Part shown: positions 23,677 through 35,882 of the stretch, in pieces
Position numbering within the stretch: position 1 is the stretch's first letter
Layout: each line of letters opens with the position of its first letter
NCBI GenBank assembly: GCA_000146045.2
Contig: BK006946.2
Coordinates: 224,001 to 288,000, forward strand
Length of the DNA stretch: 64,000 bases
Source of the DNA: TPA_inf: Saccharomyces
Lineage: Eukaryota
Reading direction: 5' to 3'
Notes under the pieces: generated by a model
Told to the model about the DNA's origin: nothing
The model's database searches: none
What the model saw: only the letters and a program-made list of their open reading frames with translations
Made by a program: the position numbers and the translations under genes

Positions 23677-26600
23677 ATGAGTGACAACTCGGACACAAAC
23701 GTGAGCATGCAGGACCATGATCAACAATTTGCTGATCCCGTAGTGGTTCCGCAGTCAACTGACACTAAAGATGAAAATACTAGTGACAAAGATACTGTTG
23801 ATAGTGGCAATGTGACCACAACGGAAAGTACAGAACGTGCAGAAAGTACAAGCAATATTCCCCCTTTAGATGGGGAAGAAAAAGAAGCAAAATCTGAGCC
23901 ACAGCAACCTGAGGATAATGCAGAAACGGCGGCCACAGAGCAGGTTTCATCTAGTAACGGGCCTGCTACAGATGATGCCCAAGCAACTTTGAATACGGAT
24001 TCATCCGAAGCAAATGAAATTGTCAAGAAGGAAGAGGGCTCTGATGAAAGGAAGAGACCTCGCGAAGAGGACACCAAAAACAGTGATGGTGATACCAAAG
24101 ATGAGGGCGATAACAAAGATGAAGACGATGATGAAGACGACGATGACGATGATGATGATGAGGACGATGACGATGAAGCCCCAACTAAAAGGCGTCGTCA
24201 GGAGAGGAACAGATTCTTGGATATTGAAGCTGAGGTTAGTGATGATGAAGATGAAGATGAAGATGAAGAGGATTCAGAGTTGGTTCGTGAAGGTTTCATT
24301 ACCCATGGTGATGATGAAGATGACGAAGCAAGTGCTCCAGGCGCAAGAAGAGACGATAGATTACATAGACAACTGGACCAAGATTTGAACAAGACTTCAG
24401 AAGAAGACGCTCAAAGGTTAGCGAAAGAATTAAGGGAGCGTTACGGTAGAAGCAGCTCCAAGCAATACCGTGCTGCTGCTCAAGATGGTTACGTGCCCCA
24501 GAGGTTTCTCCTACCAAGTGTTGATACAGCTACCATTTGGGGTGTGCGCTGCAGACCAGGTAAAGAAAAGGAATTGATTCGTAAGTTATTAAAAAAAAAA
24601 TTCAATTTGGATAGGGCGATGGGTAAGAAAAAACTGAAAATTTTATCCATTTTCCAAAGGGATAATTACACAGGAAGAATCTATATCGAAGCCCCTAAGC
24701 AATCCGTTATTGAAAAATTTTGTAATGGTGTTCCAGATATTTATATTTCTCAAAAATTGCTAATTCCTGTCCAAGAATTACCTCTATTACTAAAACCAAA
24801 CAAATCTGATGATGTTGCTTTGGAAGAAGGTAGCTACGTTCGTATTAAGAGAGGGATCTATAAGGGTGACTTAGCTATGGTCGACCAAATTAGTGAGAAT
24901 AATTTAGAAGTTATGCTGAAAATTGTTCCTCGTCTGGATTATGGTAAATTCGACGAAATTGATCCAACAACACAGCAACGTAAATCCAGAAGACCAACTT
25001 TTGCTCATAGAGCACCACCGCAATTATTTAATCCAACAATGGCTCTAAGATTAGACCAAGCTAACCTGTACAAAAGGGATGATCGCCACTTTACTTATAA
25101 GAATGAAGATTATATCGATGGTTATCTGTATAAGTCCTTCAGAATTCAACATGTGGAAACCAAAAATATTCAGCCAACTGTGGAGGAATTGGCAAGATTC
25201 GGTTCCAAAGAGGGCGCGGTAGATCTAACATCAGTTTCACAATCAATCAAGAAGGCTCAAGCTGCAAAGGTCACTTTCCAGCCAGGTGATCGTATCGAAG
25301 TTCTAAATGGTGAACAACGTGGTTCCAAGGGTATTGTAACAAGAACCACGAAAGATATTGCTACTATCAAACTAAATGGCTTTACAACGCCTCTAGAATT
25401 TCCTATCTCTACTCTGAGGAAAATTTTCGAACCTGGTGATCACGTTACTGTCATCAATGGTGAACATCAAGGTGATGCTGGTTTAGTTCTTATGGTAGAG
25501 CAAGGTCAAGTGACATTTATGTCAACTCAAACAAGCAGAGAAGTTACCATTACAGCAAATAATCTGTCCAAATCCATCGACACTACAGCTACATCAAGTG
25601 AATATGCGCTACATGACATAGTCGAATTGAGTGCTAAAAATGTTGCTTGTATTATTCAAGCTGGCCACGATATCTTCAAGGTTATTGATGAAACTGGTAA
25701 AGTGTCGACAATTACGAAGGGGTCTATCTTGAGTAAAATAAATACTGCTCGTGCACGCGTTTCTAGTGTCGATGCAAATGGTAATGAAATCAAAATTGGT
25801 GATACCATAGTAGAGAAAGTAGGTTCACGCAGAGAAGGTCAGGTCCTGTACATACAAACACAACAAATTTTTGTTGTTTCAAAGAAGATTGTTGAAAATG
25901 CAGGGGTTTTTGTTGTTAACCCTAGTAACGTTGAGGCCGTGGCATCCAAGGACAATATGTTAAGTAACAAAATGGATCTAAGTAAAATGAATCCAGAAAT
26001 CATTTCTAAAATGGGACCTCCATCATCTAAGACATTCCAACAACCCATCCAGTCCAGAGGAGGTCGTGAAGTTGCACTCGGCAAAACAGTAAGAATTCGT
26101 TCTGCTGGTTACAAGGGTCAATTAGGTATTGTGAAAGATGTGAATGGTGATAAAGCTACTGTCGAATTACACTCGAAGAACAAACACATTACAATTGACA
26201 AGCATAAGTTAACATATTACAACCGTGAGGGAGGTGAAGGTATCACGTATGATGAATTGGTTAATAGACGTGGTAGAGTTCCACAGGCCAGAATGGGCCC
26301 AAGTTACGTCAGTGCCCCAAGAAACATGGCCACTGGCGGTATTGCAGCAGGTGCTGCGGCTACCTCTTCTGGTCTTAGCGGTGGTATGACACCAGGATGG
26401 AGCTCCTTCGATGGTGGCAAAACACCAGCTGTAAATGCGCATGGAGGCTCAGGTGGTGGCGGTGTCTCCTCATGGGGTGGTGCTTCCACTTGGGGTGGCC
26501 AAGGTAATGGAGGTGCATCCGCTTGGGGCGGTGCTGGCGGCGGTGCCTCAGCTTGGGGCGGCCAAGGTACTGGTGCTACTTCTACTTGGGGTGGTGCTTC

Positions 26601-26868
26601 AGCCTGGGGTAACAAATCAAGTTGGGGCGGTGCATCCACTTGGGCGTCGGGTGGTGAATCTAATGGTGCCATGTCTACTTGGGGTGGTACCGGTGATAGG
26701 TCAGCCTACGGCGGGGCTTCCACCTGGGGAGGAAATAACAATAATAAAAGTACAAGAGATGGCGGAGCTTCTGCATGGGGTAACCAAGACGATGGAAATA
26801 GGTCTGCTTGGAACAACCAAGGAAATAAGTCAAACTATGGTGGTAACAGTACATGGGGAGGTCATTAA
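23677..26868 (+). CDS. SPT5: Transcription elongation factor Spt5 (acidic N-terminus, NGN, multiple KOW domains, C-terminal hexapeptide repeat region), 1063 aa
   Basis: ATG at 23677; acidic (GAT/GAC)n tract 24118-24180; about 15 copies of S(A/T)WGG(A/Q) at 26440-26865. Confidence 0.95.
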   Translation: MSDNSDTNVSMQDHDQQFADPVVVPQSTDTKDENTSDKDTVDSGNVTTTESTERAESTSNIPPLDGEEKEAKSEPQQPEDNAETAATEQVSSSNGPATDDAQATLNTDSSEANEIVKKEEGSDERKRPREEDTKNSDGDTKDEGDNKDEDDDEDDDDDDDDEDDDDEAPTKRRRQERNRFLDIEAEVSDDEDEDEDEEDSELVREGFITHGDDEDDEASAPGARRDDRLHRQLDQDLNKTSEEDAQRLAKELRERYGRSSSKQYRAAAQDGYVPQRFLLPSVDTATIWGVRCRPGKEKELIRKLLKKKFNLDRAMGKKKLKILSIFQRDNYTGRIYIEAPKQSVIEKFCNGVPDIYISQKLLIPVQELPLLLKPNKSDDVALEEGSYVRIKRGIYKGDLAMVDQISENNLEVMLKIVPRLDYGKFDEIDPTTQQRKSRRPTFAHRAPPQLFNPTMALRLDQANLYKRDDRHFTYKNEDYIDGYLYKSFRIQHVETKNIQPTVEELARFGSKEGAVDLTSVSQSIKKAQAAKVTFQPGDRIEVLNGEQRGSKGIVTRTTKDIATIKLNGFTTPLEFPISTLRKIFEPGDHVTVINGEHQGDAGLVLMVEQGQVTFMSTQTSREVTITANNLSKSIDTTATSSEYALHDIVELSAKNVACIIQAGHDIFKVIDETGKVSTITKGSILSKINTARARVSSVDANGNEIKIGDTIVEKVGSRREGQVLYIQTQQIFVVSKKIVENAGVFVVNPSNVEAVASKDNMLSNKMDLSKMNPEIISKMGPPSSKTFQQPIQSRGGREVALGKTVRIRSAGYKGQLGIVKDVNGDKATVELHSKNKHITIDKHKLTYYNREGGEGITYDELVNRRGRVPQARMGPSYVSAPRNMATGGIAAGAAATSSGLSGGMTPGWSSFDGGKTPAVNAHGGSGGGGVSSWGGASTWGGQGNGGASAWGGAGGGASAWGGQGTGATSTWGGASAWGNKSSWGGASTWASGGESNGAMSTWGGTGDRSAYGGASTWGGNNNNKSTRDGGASAWGNQDDGNRSAWNNQGNKSNYGGNSTWGGH
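26440..26865 (+). repeat. SPT5: Spt5 C-terminal repeat (CTR) region: about 15 tandem degenerate hexapeptide repeats S-[TA]-W-G-G-[AQ] at DNA level
   Basis: Repeated tcNNcNtggggNggN units read directly. Confidence 0.9.
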
Positions 26869-27303
26869 TCACCAAAAGGAGAACCAATATCACCCAAGAA
26901 GAAATCAATAAAAAAGACTTTAATATTACCACGTTAATAAGAATAGTTATGAAGATTTCGATGTTTCGATGAAATACTGAATCTCGATCTTTTTTTTTCA
27001 TTTATGCTTGCATTTGTATGTCACGAGTTTTCCTTGATTCTAACTTTTACATATACGTATGTATGTATGTATGCATATGTGTTTTTGCATATCTAAATGA
27101 AATATCAACTTTATTATGAGGGAGTTGATTATTGTAATGTAATTTTATATAACTTCTTTTTCGTTAGCGGAATTTCTTTCCGTTTGAATCGTATACAAAA
27201 TGTATGTATCCATTACTTATTTACAGGATAAATGAAAAAAAATGCGTAACGTCTGCGTATTCGATGGGCTTACATGCCGGGGCTCGTGCTTATTCATATT
27301 TCT

Positions 27304-27540
<237 letters not shown>

Positions 27541-27838
27541 TTACGATGTTGTATTCTTACTATCTTCCGCTGTAGGGGAGCAGTCAATACGTTTGTATGC
27601 AGTGAATTATAGTTTTTTCTTATTCTGATAGAAAATACTGGTCGTTTGCCACGACATGATGAAAAAAAAAAAAGCCGAACTTGAAAATCACAAGTGGGAT
27701 AAATTGTGGGGTAGTAAAGGCATCGGACAGTCTGTTTGTAAGGCCTGCTAGCAATGAACGTGCTATCTTTTTATCTGCATATATAGGAAAATAGGTATAT
27801 ATCGTGCGCTTTATTTGAATCTTATTGATCTAGTGAAT

Positions 27839-28990
27839 TTATTGAGTTGCTTCTTGGGAAGTTTGGGAGGGGGTTTCGGCGTTTTCTGGCTTCCTAGCGA
27901 CGAAAAGCATCATTGGAGTGAATAACTTGGACTTACCACCGGCAACTAAACCAACCGCAGCATTTTCTAGAGCAGCAGTAACTTCCTTGGAACCTTCTGG
28001 GGCTAGACCTAATTTTTCCATTACAGTAACCATTGCTGTAGTAAATTGTCTACCCAAGTAAGAAGTTCTGAAAAATGTGGCCAAATTAGCTAAGTTTTGA
28101 ACGTACTTCCACTCACCAGTTAATGGGTAATACCAAGGGATTTCATCATCATTGTCCGCCAGGTCTTCGCTAACGAGGACTTCGAAACCACAGTTCTTCA
28201 ATGCTTTCCTAGCCACGTCGACATGGAACATCTTTGGGATACCATCACCTAGTTCAATTTCATAAGCGATCTTTCTATGTTCAGGATTGTTTTCGTCATA
28301 TTTATCAGTCATTACCCATTCGTAAACAGCAAAGGTACCACCCGGTTTCAAAACCTTGTAGATTTCGCTGTATACACCTTCTAATTTTGGAGCGTGACAT
28401 GTGGCCTCAATTGCATAAACTTTGTCGAAAGTGTTTTCTTCGAAATCCATTTTCATGAAATCACCCTTTACAAAGTCCATTTGGTCACTCAAATTGTATT
28501 TTTTAGCGTAATATTTTGCCTTGGCAATTTGGTAATCGTTATTGTTTAGACCGATGACGTTACAACCGGTAAATCTTGCAATCTCTCTTGCTGGGCCCCC
28601 AACACCACAACCAACGTCGAGAACTAAATCGCCTCTTTGAATACCAGCCTTGTAAGCTAAATAATGTTCATGTCTTGCTATCGAGGCAGCGAAACTCTCA
28701 CCTTTATAAAATCTGCTGAAATGGAAAGAGGAACCCCAACCATATTCATAGAAATCTGTAACGACGTTATAGTAGGAATGTGTGGCTTCATTATAATCCT
28801 CAAGACGACGTTCTTCGGCATCTTTATCGGTTCTACCATCCCAATTTCTCAAGTACTTCTGAACGGCTTCCTTTTGGGCAGAGTTGTTCTTCGACATCAA
28901 TGCACTCAAACCTGTCTTTTTACCAATATCATCACCATGTAACTCCCTAGTGAATTGGGCCTGTCTTTTTCTCAATTCTGTTTCACTCAT
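27839..28990 (-). CDS. ERG6: Delta(24)-sterol C-methyltransferase, 383 aa
   Basis: SAM MTase motif [10 protein letters not shown] and sterol-MT C-terminal domain. Confidence 0.95.
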
Positions 28991-29762
28991 CTTATGCTGC
29001 CTACTATATTATTATTTTATTCTTGTTTTTTTAAATTATGTAAAACTTAAATCGAAAGTAAAACAGATAAGGGAAACTTGAATGAAAATTAACAGCTTAT
29101 AAATTACAAAGACGAATGGAAAGAAAAAGAGAGCAGCAGAGGATAGGAGAAAACACCCGAACTATATAAAAAGCAATGAAGAAGTTATCGGCAACAGCAA
29201 GTATTGGAGGTTTCTCACCAATCTTCGCATAAAACGCATGCTTCGTAAGGCGATAAAAATGAAGTGTACCATTGAGACGAAGTGGAGCAGTTTACAGTGA
29301 ATAATACATTGTCTGCTCCTCACTTACTCTCGCTTCTCGAAAACTTTTTTGTATTTATCGGAAACGGCAGTAAACGACGCCAAAAATTGAAAATAAGTAC
29401 GGGAACGAGGTACCATATACGAAGATCGGGGCTTTGTTCGGCCCTAAATTTTGCTGATCTTACCCTGTTGCATCTTTTCAAAAATAGTAACCAGCCCTAG
29501 CTGTTTGGTTGATTTGACCTAGGTTACTCTTTTCTTTTTCTGGGTGCGGGTAACAATTTGGGCCCCGCCAAAGCGCCGTCTTTGTCATGGGAACCGGAAA
29601 CCCTCCGATGAAGAGTAGGAGGGTGGCAACTGATGGATGCGTAAGGTCTTAAGAGATACATTTGCTTAATAGTCTTCCGTTTACCGATTAAGCACAGTAC
29701 CTTTACGTTATATATAGGATTGGTGTTTAGCTTTTTTTCCTGAGCCCCTGGTTGACTTGTGC

Positions 29763-29783
29763 ATGAACACGAGCCATTTTTAG
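29763..29783 (+). promoter_or_regulatory. YAP1: Upstream ORF (ATGAACACGAGCCATTTTTAG = MNTSHF*) in the YAP1 5' leader, 65 nt before the main ATG
   Basis: Short ATG-initiated ORF read directly; YAP1 is known to carry a single short leader uORF. Confidence 0.7.
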
Positions 29784-29847
29784 TTTGTTTAAGGGAAGTT
29801 TTTTGCCACCCAAAACGTTTAAAGAAGGAAAAGTTGTTTCTTAAACC

Positions 29848-31800
29848 ATGAGTGTGTCTACCGCCAAGAGGTCGCTGGATGTCGTTTCTCCGGGTTCATT
29901 AGCGGAGTTTGAGGGTTCAAAATCTCGTCACGATGAAATAGAAAATGAACATAGACGTACTGGTACACGTGATGGCGAGGATAGCGAGCAACCGAAGAAG
30001 AAGGGTAGCAAAACTAGCAAAAAGCAAGATTTGGATCCTGAAACTAAGCAGAAGAGGACTGCCCAAAATCGGGCCGCTCAAAGAGCTTTTAGGGAACGTA
30101 AGGAGAGGAAGATGAAGGAATTGGAGAAGAAGGTACAAAGTTTAGAGAGTATTCAGCAGCAAAATGAAGTGGAAGCTACTTTTTTGAGGGACCAGTTAAT
30201 CACTCTGGTGAATGAGTTAAAAAAATATAGACCAGAGACAAGAAATGACTCAAAAGTGCTGGAATATTTAGCAAGGCGAGATCCTAATTTGCATTTTTCA
30301 AAAAATAACGTTAACCACAGCAATAGCGAGCCAATTGACACACCCAATGATGACATACAAGAAAATGTTAAACAAAAGATGAATTTCACGTTTCAATATC
30401 CGCTTGATAACGACAACGACAACGACAACAGTAAAAATGTGGGGAAACAATTACCTTCACCAAATGATCCAAGTCATTCGGCTCCTATGCCTATAAATCA
30501 GACACAAAAGAAATTAAGTGACGCTACAGATTCCTCCAGCGCTACTTTGGATTCCCTTTCAAATAGTAACGATGTTCTTAATAACACACCAAACTCCTCC
30601 ACTTCGATGGATTGGTTAGATAATGTAATATATACTAACAGGTTTGTGTCAGGTGATGATGGCAGCAATAGTAAAACTAAGAATTTAGACAGTAATATGT
30701 TTTCTAATGACTTTAATTTTGAAAACCAATTTGATGAACAAGTTTCGGAGTTTTGTTCGAAAATGAACCAGGTATGTGGAACAAGGCAATGTCCCATTCC
30801 CAAGAAACCCATCTCGGCTCTTGATAAAGAAGTTTTCGCGTCATCTTCTATACTAAGTTCAAATTCTCCTGCTTTAACAAATACTTGGGAATCACATTCT
30901 AATATTACAGATAATACTCCTGCTAATGTCATTGCTACTGATGCTACTAAATATGAAAATTCCTTCTCCGGTTTTGGCCGACTTGGTTTCGATATGAGTG
31001 CCAATCATTACGTCGTGAATGATAATAGCACTGGTAGCACTGATAGCACTGGTAGCACTGGCAATAAGAACAAAAAGAACAATAATAATAGCGATGATGT
31101 ACTCCCATTCATATCCGAGTCACCGTTTGATATGAACCAAGTTACTAATTTTTTTAGTCCGGGATCTACCGGCATCGGCAATAATGCTGCCTCTAACACC
31201 AATCCCAGCCTACTGCAAAGCAGCAAAGAGGATATACCTTTTATCAACGCAAATCTGGCTTTCCCAGACGACAATTCAACTAATATTCAATTACAACCTT
31301 TCTCTGAATCTCAATCTCAAAATAAGTTTGACTACGACATGTTTTTTAGAGATTCATCGAAGGAAGGTAACAATTTATTTGGAGAGTTTTTAGAGGATGA
31401 CGATGATGACAAAAAAGCCGCTAATATGTCAGACGATGAGTCAAGTTTAATCAAGAACCAGTTAATTAACGAAGAACCAGAGCTTCCGAAACAATATCTA
31501 CAATCGGTACCAGGAAATGAAAGCGAAATCTCACAAAAAAATGGCAGTAGTTTACAGAATGCTGACAAAATCAATAATGGCAATGATAACGATAATGATA
31601 ATGATGTCGTTCCATCTAAGGAAGGCTCTTTACTAAGGTGTTCGGAAATTTGGGATAGAATAACAACACATCCGAAATACTCAGATATTGATGTCGATGG
31701 TTTATGTTCCGAGCTAATGGCAAAGGCAAAATGTTCAGAAAGAGGGGTTGTCATCAATGCAGAAGACGTTCAATTAGCTTTGAATAAGCATATGAACTAA
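29848..31800 (+). CDS. YAP1: AP-1-like bZIP transcription factor (basic region QKRTAQNRAAQRAFRERKE, leucine zipper, C-terminal Cys-rich domain with CSE...KAKC), 650 aa
   Basis: bZIP basic motif and the n-CRD/c-CRD cysteines; several DN/GST coding microrepeats. Confidence 0.93.
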   Translation: MSVSTAKRSLDVVSPGSLAEFEGSKSRHDEIENEHRRTGTRDGEDSEQPKKKGSKTSKKQDLDPETKQKRTAQNRAAQRAFRERKERKMKELEKKVQSLESIQQQNEVEATFLRDQLITLVNELKKYRPETRNDSKVLEYLARRDPNLHFSKNNVNHSNSEPIDTPNDDIQENVKQKMNFTFQYPLDNDNDNDNSKNVGKQLPSPNDPSHSAPMPINQTQKKLSDATDSSSATLDSLSNSNDVLNNTPNSSTSMDWLDNVIYTNRFVSGDDGSNSKTKNLDSNMFSNDFNFENQFDEQVSEFCSKMNQVCGTRQCPIPKKPISALDKEVFASSSILSSNSPALTNTWESHSNITDNTPANVIATDATKYENSFSGFGRLGFDMSANHYVVNDNSTGSTDSTGSTGNKNKKNNNNSDDVLPFISESPFDMNQVTNFFSPGSTGIGNNAASNTNPSLLQSSKEDIPFINANLAFPDDNSTNIQLQPFSESQSQNKFDYDMFFRDSSKEGNNLFGEFLEDDDDDKKAANMSDDESSLIKNQLINEEPELPKQYLQSVPGNESEISQKNGSSLQNADKINNGNDNDNDNDVVPSKEGSLLRCSEIWDRITTHPKYSDIDVDGLCSELMAKAKCSERGVVINAEDVQLALNKHMN

Positions 31801-32091
31801 AGCGGGAACTTTATGGAAAACTGGGTAACCGAAAGAACTTTTTCTATAATGTTACAATTAAACTTTTTTAACTTACCTTGCTTCGCCTTTTCGCCGAAAG
31901 TAGGTAGATTGTATCACCTCGGTATTTTTTTATGTACACAACCTATACTTTAAATATATTTAGACTATGTATGAATTCTCTGTATCACCTTCAATGTCAA
32001 TATAGAAACTGGTAAGTGCAATAGTACCAATAATGATTATAATTATAATACAAGTATATATATATATCTATATATAGTGGTAAAGTATTCT

Positions 32092-34416
32092 TTACATGAT
32101 GGCACAACGCTGAGATTTATCCGTACCTGCAGAACCACTGTTTTTATGATTCTTAAACCTATTCATCTGGAATTTCCAACGCTTTCTATCCTTGTTAGTG
32201 GCATGAGTAGGGTTATCTATGCCGCTTAAAGACTTTAGTAATGTAGGTAAAGGCAAACTTTTGGACCTTTCCACGGCACTCATAGCATTGATGGAACTCT
32301 TTATCTTTTTCAACTCATTTTTGGAATTACTTTCATTGTTACCCTTGGAATTAGGTTTGTGAGAATTTTTTGTCTTCAAAGAATGGCTAAAATTCGAGGA
32401 AGTCGTATTAGAGTTCGACAGTTGTGTCATTGGATGAGGTTCACTTGATAAAACTGTACTTTCACCTGTTTTAGAGTTATCCAACTCGTTACTATTACTT
32501 TTATCGATTTTTGTAACAGAATTATGTCTATTGAATGCCCATTCCCCGATACTGTTTACGGTTCTAATAGAACGATGTGCTGTAGTAACGTTAGATTCCA
32601 TTCTAGTTGGTATGTACATTTGTGGGCCTGACTGTTCTGATAAAGAAGCATCGTCACCATCGTCTTCATCGTCTTCATCGTCAATATAGTCGTTGTAACC
32701 GTTATTATATGCAGTCGGGAAATATTGTTGCGGGTCGTTAGTTAATGATAACTCAGAATCTAGAGGTTGCTCTTTTGATATTCCTTCCCTATTATCATAA
32801 TTGGGATTTTTGAATTCTTCTTCAACCTGTTTGCCGGAGTTTGTCACAATAACCATTGTGTAAAATAAAATTTTTGGAAATGATCTCTTGATATCTAGCA
32901 AATCTTGAAGTGTTAGAATTTGTAAATTATTCATTGAAAAATTGGAATCATACAGCAACCAATCATCGGTAACGCTTGCCATTGTAGGTTTATTGTTTGA
33001 CTGTCTAATCGCAGTAAAAATTTCTTTGGTGTCTGGATCCTGAATTAATATAGATTGCAAAACTAGCCTAAAATACCCTAGAGAATCACAAATTGAGATT
33101 GACGGTAGAATGGATAGTACTGAGTAATCGGAAGAAGAAAGATCTTCATCATCATAAACCTCTTCTCCATCGTCCTCTCCTGATCCATACCCTTGGGCGT
33201 CATAGTTATGATGAATTAAATTATCCTCCTCCTCTGGGGTTGTCGAAGTAGTTAAATTGTCTATAGAACTCGTTATACTTGACAATTCAGAGACATAGGT
33301 GGCATTCGTGTGATCGATGTTTTCACGTTTTGGATTACCTCGGCTGCTACTGCTTAAACTGTAGTGGGCACTACTACTATTACTGCTACTACTATAGCTA
33401 GTGTAGCTGACCGAACTTTCCATGCTATAACTTGCTTGATCGATACTCTCGTCACCTAGATCATGTGAGACTCTGCTATAATGATCCTCAACTTCATCCT
33501 GACCACTTTCATCCTCGCGCCTGGCAGTAGTTAAACTCAGGTCTTGTCCGGGATATGTGGATGATACGTCTTCGCCAGCAAAACTATCTATTGACATTAT
33601 CTCGGAATGTGACGGTGTATAGTCTTCATTAGTGTATGATGGAAAAATTTTGGGTAGTCTATTAGGCTTTGAATCTACTGTTCGCGAATGAGAAAAATTT
33701 AGGACTATAGAACTTGTGGCATCCTCTTCATCAACTTCGTTTTCATTATCTTGAGGCGTATCATTATTATTGCTTTGACTATTCACGGATGTAACGTTTA
33801 TATCAACTGTGTCCGGAGATGTCAAAGTCCTCGTATTCGTATTAGTTCGGGTAGCTGTTGAAGTCTGGGTATTTATATTTGACCACTGATCATCCGAAAC
33901 GTTTGATTCTAGCTTCCCGTTTGAAGCTTTTGATGAAGATATTGTGGGTGGTGGTATTGAATTTCTATTGTTATTGTTTAAAGCCTTGGAATTTTTTTGA
34001 ACTTGCCAACTTGTACTCGCAAATTCTAAAAAGGTAGGGTCTTGGAAATTGTTGAGGTTGTCCGTCAATAGGTAATGATTTTCATGATTGTAGCAGTGGG
34101 AGTGAGTTAATTTTGAGATTTGAATGTGTTCTAATTTTTCCAGATGAAAGTAATCTTTGAGGAAGATTTCCAATATGGAGATATCTTCATGAACATTCTC
34201 TGGGATGGAAACTAACAAAATCTTCTTGTTTGGCCTGGCCGAAATATTGTTATCACCATAAAAATGACTATTCAGAAATCTTTTTAACAGAGTGTATTTT
34301 AATTGATTGCCTATAAGTTCTTCAAAATCGCCTAATCTGAGGTTTGTTAAGTACCACGACCACAAACCATTGTCATCATTGTCAAAATAGTCGCCCACTC
34401 TAACGGATTTTTGCAT
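32092..34416 (-). CDS. GIS4: Low-complexity Ser/Asn/Asp-rich regulatory protein Gis4, 774 aa
   Basis: Length and position between YAP1 and tRNA-Ser. Confidence 0.8.
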
Positions 34417-35157
34417 TATATTTAAGTAACAGAGTGCTTTTTGATGGTTTTTGTTAACCGTCTTTCGAGCAGTTGAAGGATGAGAGTGAGTGTTAATGAG
34501 GGGTTATTTCTGCAAAACTTCTGCCGATATATTCTGCACTTAGTTCCCGCTGTTGTTCAGCCTTCACGTTCCTTAGCTACACAAGTCAGTTAAATCTGGT
34601 CCTGCCAAAGTGAATAAGTTGAAGATATTTATCTAGCTTGCGATGGAAAAAACTACAATAGGAAAAAAACTAATTAAAAAAAGAAAAAAAAAGAGAAGAA
34701 TTCAATGTTTAGGGATATAAATTCGATATAAAGGTTTAAAGTAAATAAATTTCGTGTATTACTATGCAAGTAATGTTTCTGCCTGCACCGGCTTCGTAGC
34801 TGGTGGAGTGCGATAGCGATGATACTACCTGAAAACACAGAGGAAGGCCGTCAGCCCCGCGCTAGGAACGATGAGGAGAAACCAGTTGGCGAATCGCCAC
34901 ATGCCATTTACGTAAAAGATGCTGTGTAACCTAACAGAAATAATCGATGGTGTGAACTAAAGTCCTAGGATGCACATAAGCAAGCGAAAAAGTGAAAACA
35001 ACATTTCCAGAGCTAAAAAAATGCATTTGCCGATCCGAAATAATCTCAAAACGAAAAAATGATTATGGACGTAAACAAAATTACCGCATTTCGCTCTCCT
35101 ATTATCATAACAAGCATGAGCGCAAAACTTAAAAATCCATCAAGAGGCAAAAAATAA

Positions 35158-35239
35158 CGACAACTGCAGGACTCGAACCTGCGCGGGCAAAGCCCAAAAG
35201 ATTTCTAATCTTTCGCCTTAACCACTCGGCCAAGTTGCC
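35158..35239 (-). tRNA. tS(AGA): tRNA-Ser, anticodon AGA, 82 nt with long variable arm, intronless
   Basis: rc reads GGCAACTTGGCCGAGTGGTTAAGGCGAAAGATTAGAAATCTTTTGGGCTTTGCCCGCGCAGGTTCGAGTCCTGCAGTTGTCG: A-box TGGCCGAGTGG, B-box GGTTCGAGTCC, anticodon loop TT-AGA-AA. Confidence 0.92.
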
Positions 35240-35579
35240 ATACTAACTTGATTATTTGTGTATTCTGTTTTCTTGTGATTCCTTCTGGTTACATAATTAC
35301 ATTGTCTATATTCATATTTGATTCTAACAGCAGGTAATATTGGTCTATCGGCTACTCGTTCAAAAAATTAAAATCGTTATCAATTATATTCCATAGTATA
35401 GGTTGTTAAAAGATGGAATTAATTAAAGTAGAGTAGTAGAACAGGGATCACAGTGTTATTAGATTTTGGAGCAACTGATGTGTGTGAGTAATATATAAGG
35501 ATGAATCGAATGAAAGTATTATGAGAAAAGGAATCATCGTTGTGTAAAGTTGTTCATTTCGTATTTCTGGGTACTGTGA

Positions 35580-35882
35580 ATGAGATGAACTTGCTGATAA
35601 TCGTTGGCATACTATTATTTGGAACGGTAATATTTTTGCGAATACAAAGTATACTGTAGTTTTTCCCCGAGGATTTACGAACCCACGAGAAGTGATCAAT
35701 ATTTCTACACAGTAGCATTATGATCTCTCTTTATTCGCTTATGTGTCGCCATTCACTACCCTATCATAATTCGGATCCTTGTGTTTCAGCTCCCATTAAG
35801 TTTGACGACCGTTCGTCATTTATTTATATTCTTACACCGTACACGATAATATACTTATGCGAACTCTAGTCGGTCGATGGTG
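35580..35882 (-). mobile_element. Degenerate solo Ty1/Ty2-type delta LTR (about 300 bp, roughly 75-80% match to my recollection of delta), oriented on the minus strand, about 340 bp upstream of the tRNA-Ser gene
   Basis: Recalled delta blocks recognisable: TGAGA... start, GGATTTA(G/C)G...TCTACACA, ATCCTTG(C/T)GTTTCAGCT, ACACCGTA(T/C)A(T/C)GATAATATAC, ...TTTC(T/A)TT(C/T)CAA end. Compared from memory only. Confidence 0.55.

Noticed and set aside
24014-24392. 124-aa (+) and 64-aa (-) ORFs with MKMK and poly-Ser translations
   Set aside because: Out-of-frame and antisense readings of the SPT5 acidic (GAT/GAC/GAA)n tract
26304-27001. Proline-rich 122-aa antisense ORF, 158-aa (+) and 108-aa (-) ORFs overlapping the SPT5 3' end
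   Set aside because: Generated by the CTR DNA repeat and its flank. They correspond to positions of dubious ORFs, and no independent coding evidence is visible.
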